NCBI GenBank assembly: GCA_002269645.1
Contig: NIVC01002807.1
Coordinates: 1-32,719 of the forward strand
From: Macrostomum lignano
Lineage: Eukaryota
DNA: 32,719 nt
Direction of reading: 5' to 3'
Part shown: positions 32,328 through 32,719 of the stretch, in pieces
Position numbering within the stretch: the first letter of the stretch is position 1
How the letters are laid out: each line of letters opens with the position of its first letter
Program-made: the position numbers and the translations under genes
The notes under the pieces: generated by a model
Told to the model about the DNA's origin: nothing
The model's input: the letters and a program-made list of their open reading frames with translations, nothing else
Database searches by the model: none

Positions 32328-32719
32328 TTATGAGCAGTCGCCATTGTCAGATTGCTGTGGCAGTTCAAAAGTCCCTCTTCTGAGAGTCGTACACATGTCG
32401 TACTTGTCCTTCACCAGGTGGTAGTGATAGTGGCTGATGGAACCGTCTCGCTGAACTCCACCTGTTGAACTTGTAAATTGGCTGGTTGTCCTGGAATTTG
32501 GTTATGACCTCCTGCAGTCTCTGCGCTTAGCTAATGCGACCTCTACGCAGCAACTCTTCACATAGTAGTTATAGTAGAGCTCTTCGAACTGAATACAGCC
32601 TCTCAGCCCCAGCTCCACGGCGTACTGGTGGAATACTTTGCTGAAGCACTCCTGCAGCCAGTGCGCCGCGTCAGGCGTGTTGTCCTCAAAGCTGGCGTAG
32701 ATCCTCATTCGATAGATCT
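32328..32719 (-). CDS. 3' part of an unidentified protein-coding gene (5' part beyond the window); exon structure uncertain
   Basis: GC3-rich frame IYRMRIYASFED...LYYNYY; probable 41-nt GT-AG intron 32561-32521; continues RLQEVITKFQDNQPIYKFN; AATAAA at 32315-32310. Terminal frame ambiguous; family not recognised. Confidence 0.5.

Overview
Eukaryotic (animal-type) genomic DNA with spliceosomal GT-AG introns; nothing prokaryotic, phage-like or CRISPR-like, and no RNA gene recognised. Four recognisable genes: first exon of a PGRMC/MAPR heme-steroid-binding protein (-, continues off the left edge), an intronless FLYWCH zinc-finger protein (+), a complete five-exon malic enzyme with an NADP-type signature (-, 587 aa by my splicing) and an intronless sigma-1 receptor/ERG2-family gene (+). 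The 3' end of an unidentified gene (-) enters at the right edge. About 10 kb (~30%) is tandem repeat, in 15 arrays of 10-43 bp units, and most long ORFs in the track are artefacts of these. There is one clean non-autonomous hAT-type element (14-bp TIRs, perfect 8-bp TSD). The style (GC3-rich Q/A-rich genes, AT-rich spacers, dense minisatellites) reminds me of Macrostomum-like flatworm genomes, but that is inference. I see no convincing wholly new system. The best leads are gene-minisatellite interactions: a minisatellite supplies the SIGMAR1 C-terminus and stop and recurs as a second array bracketed by a 35-bp direct repeat, and each malic-enzyme intron carries its own minisatellite, several with splice-site-like motifs.
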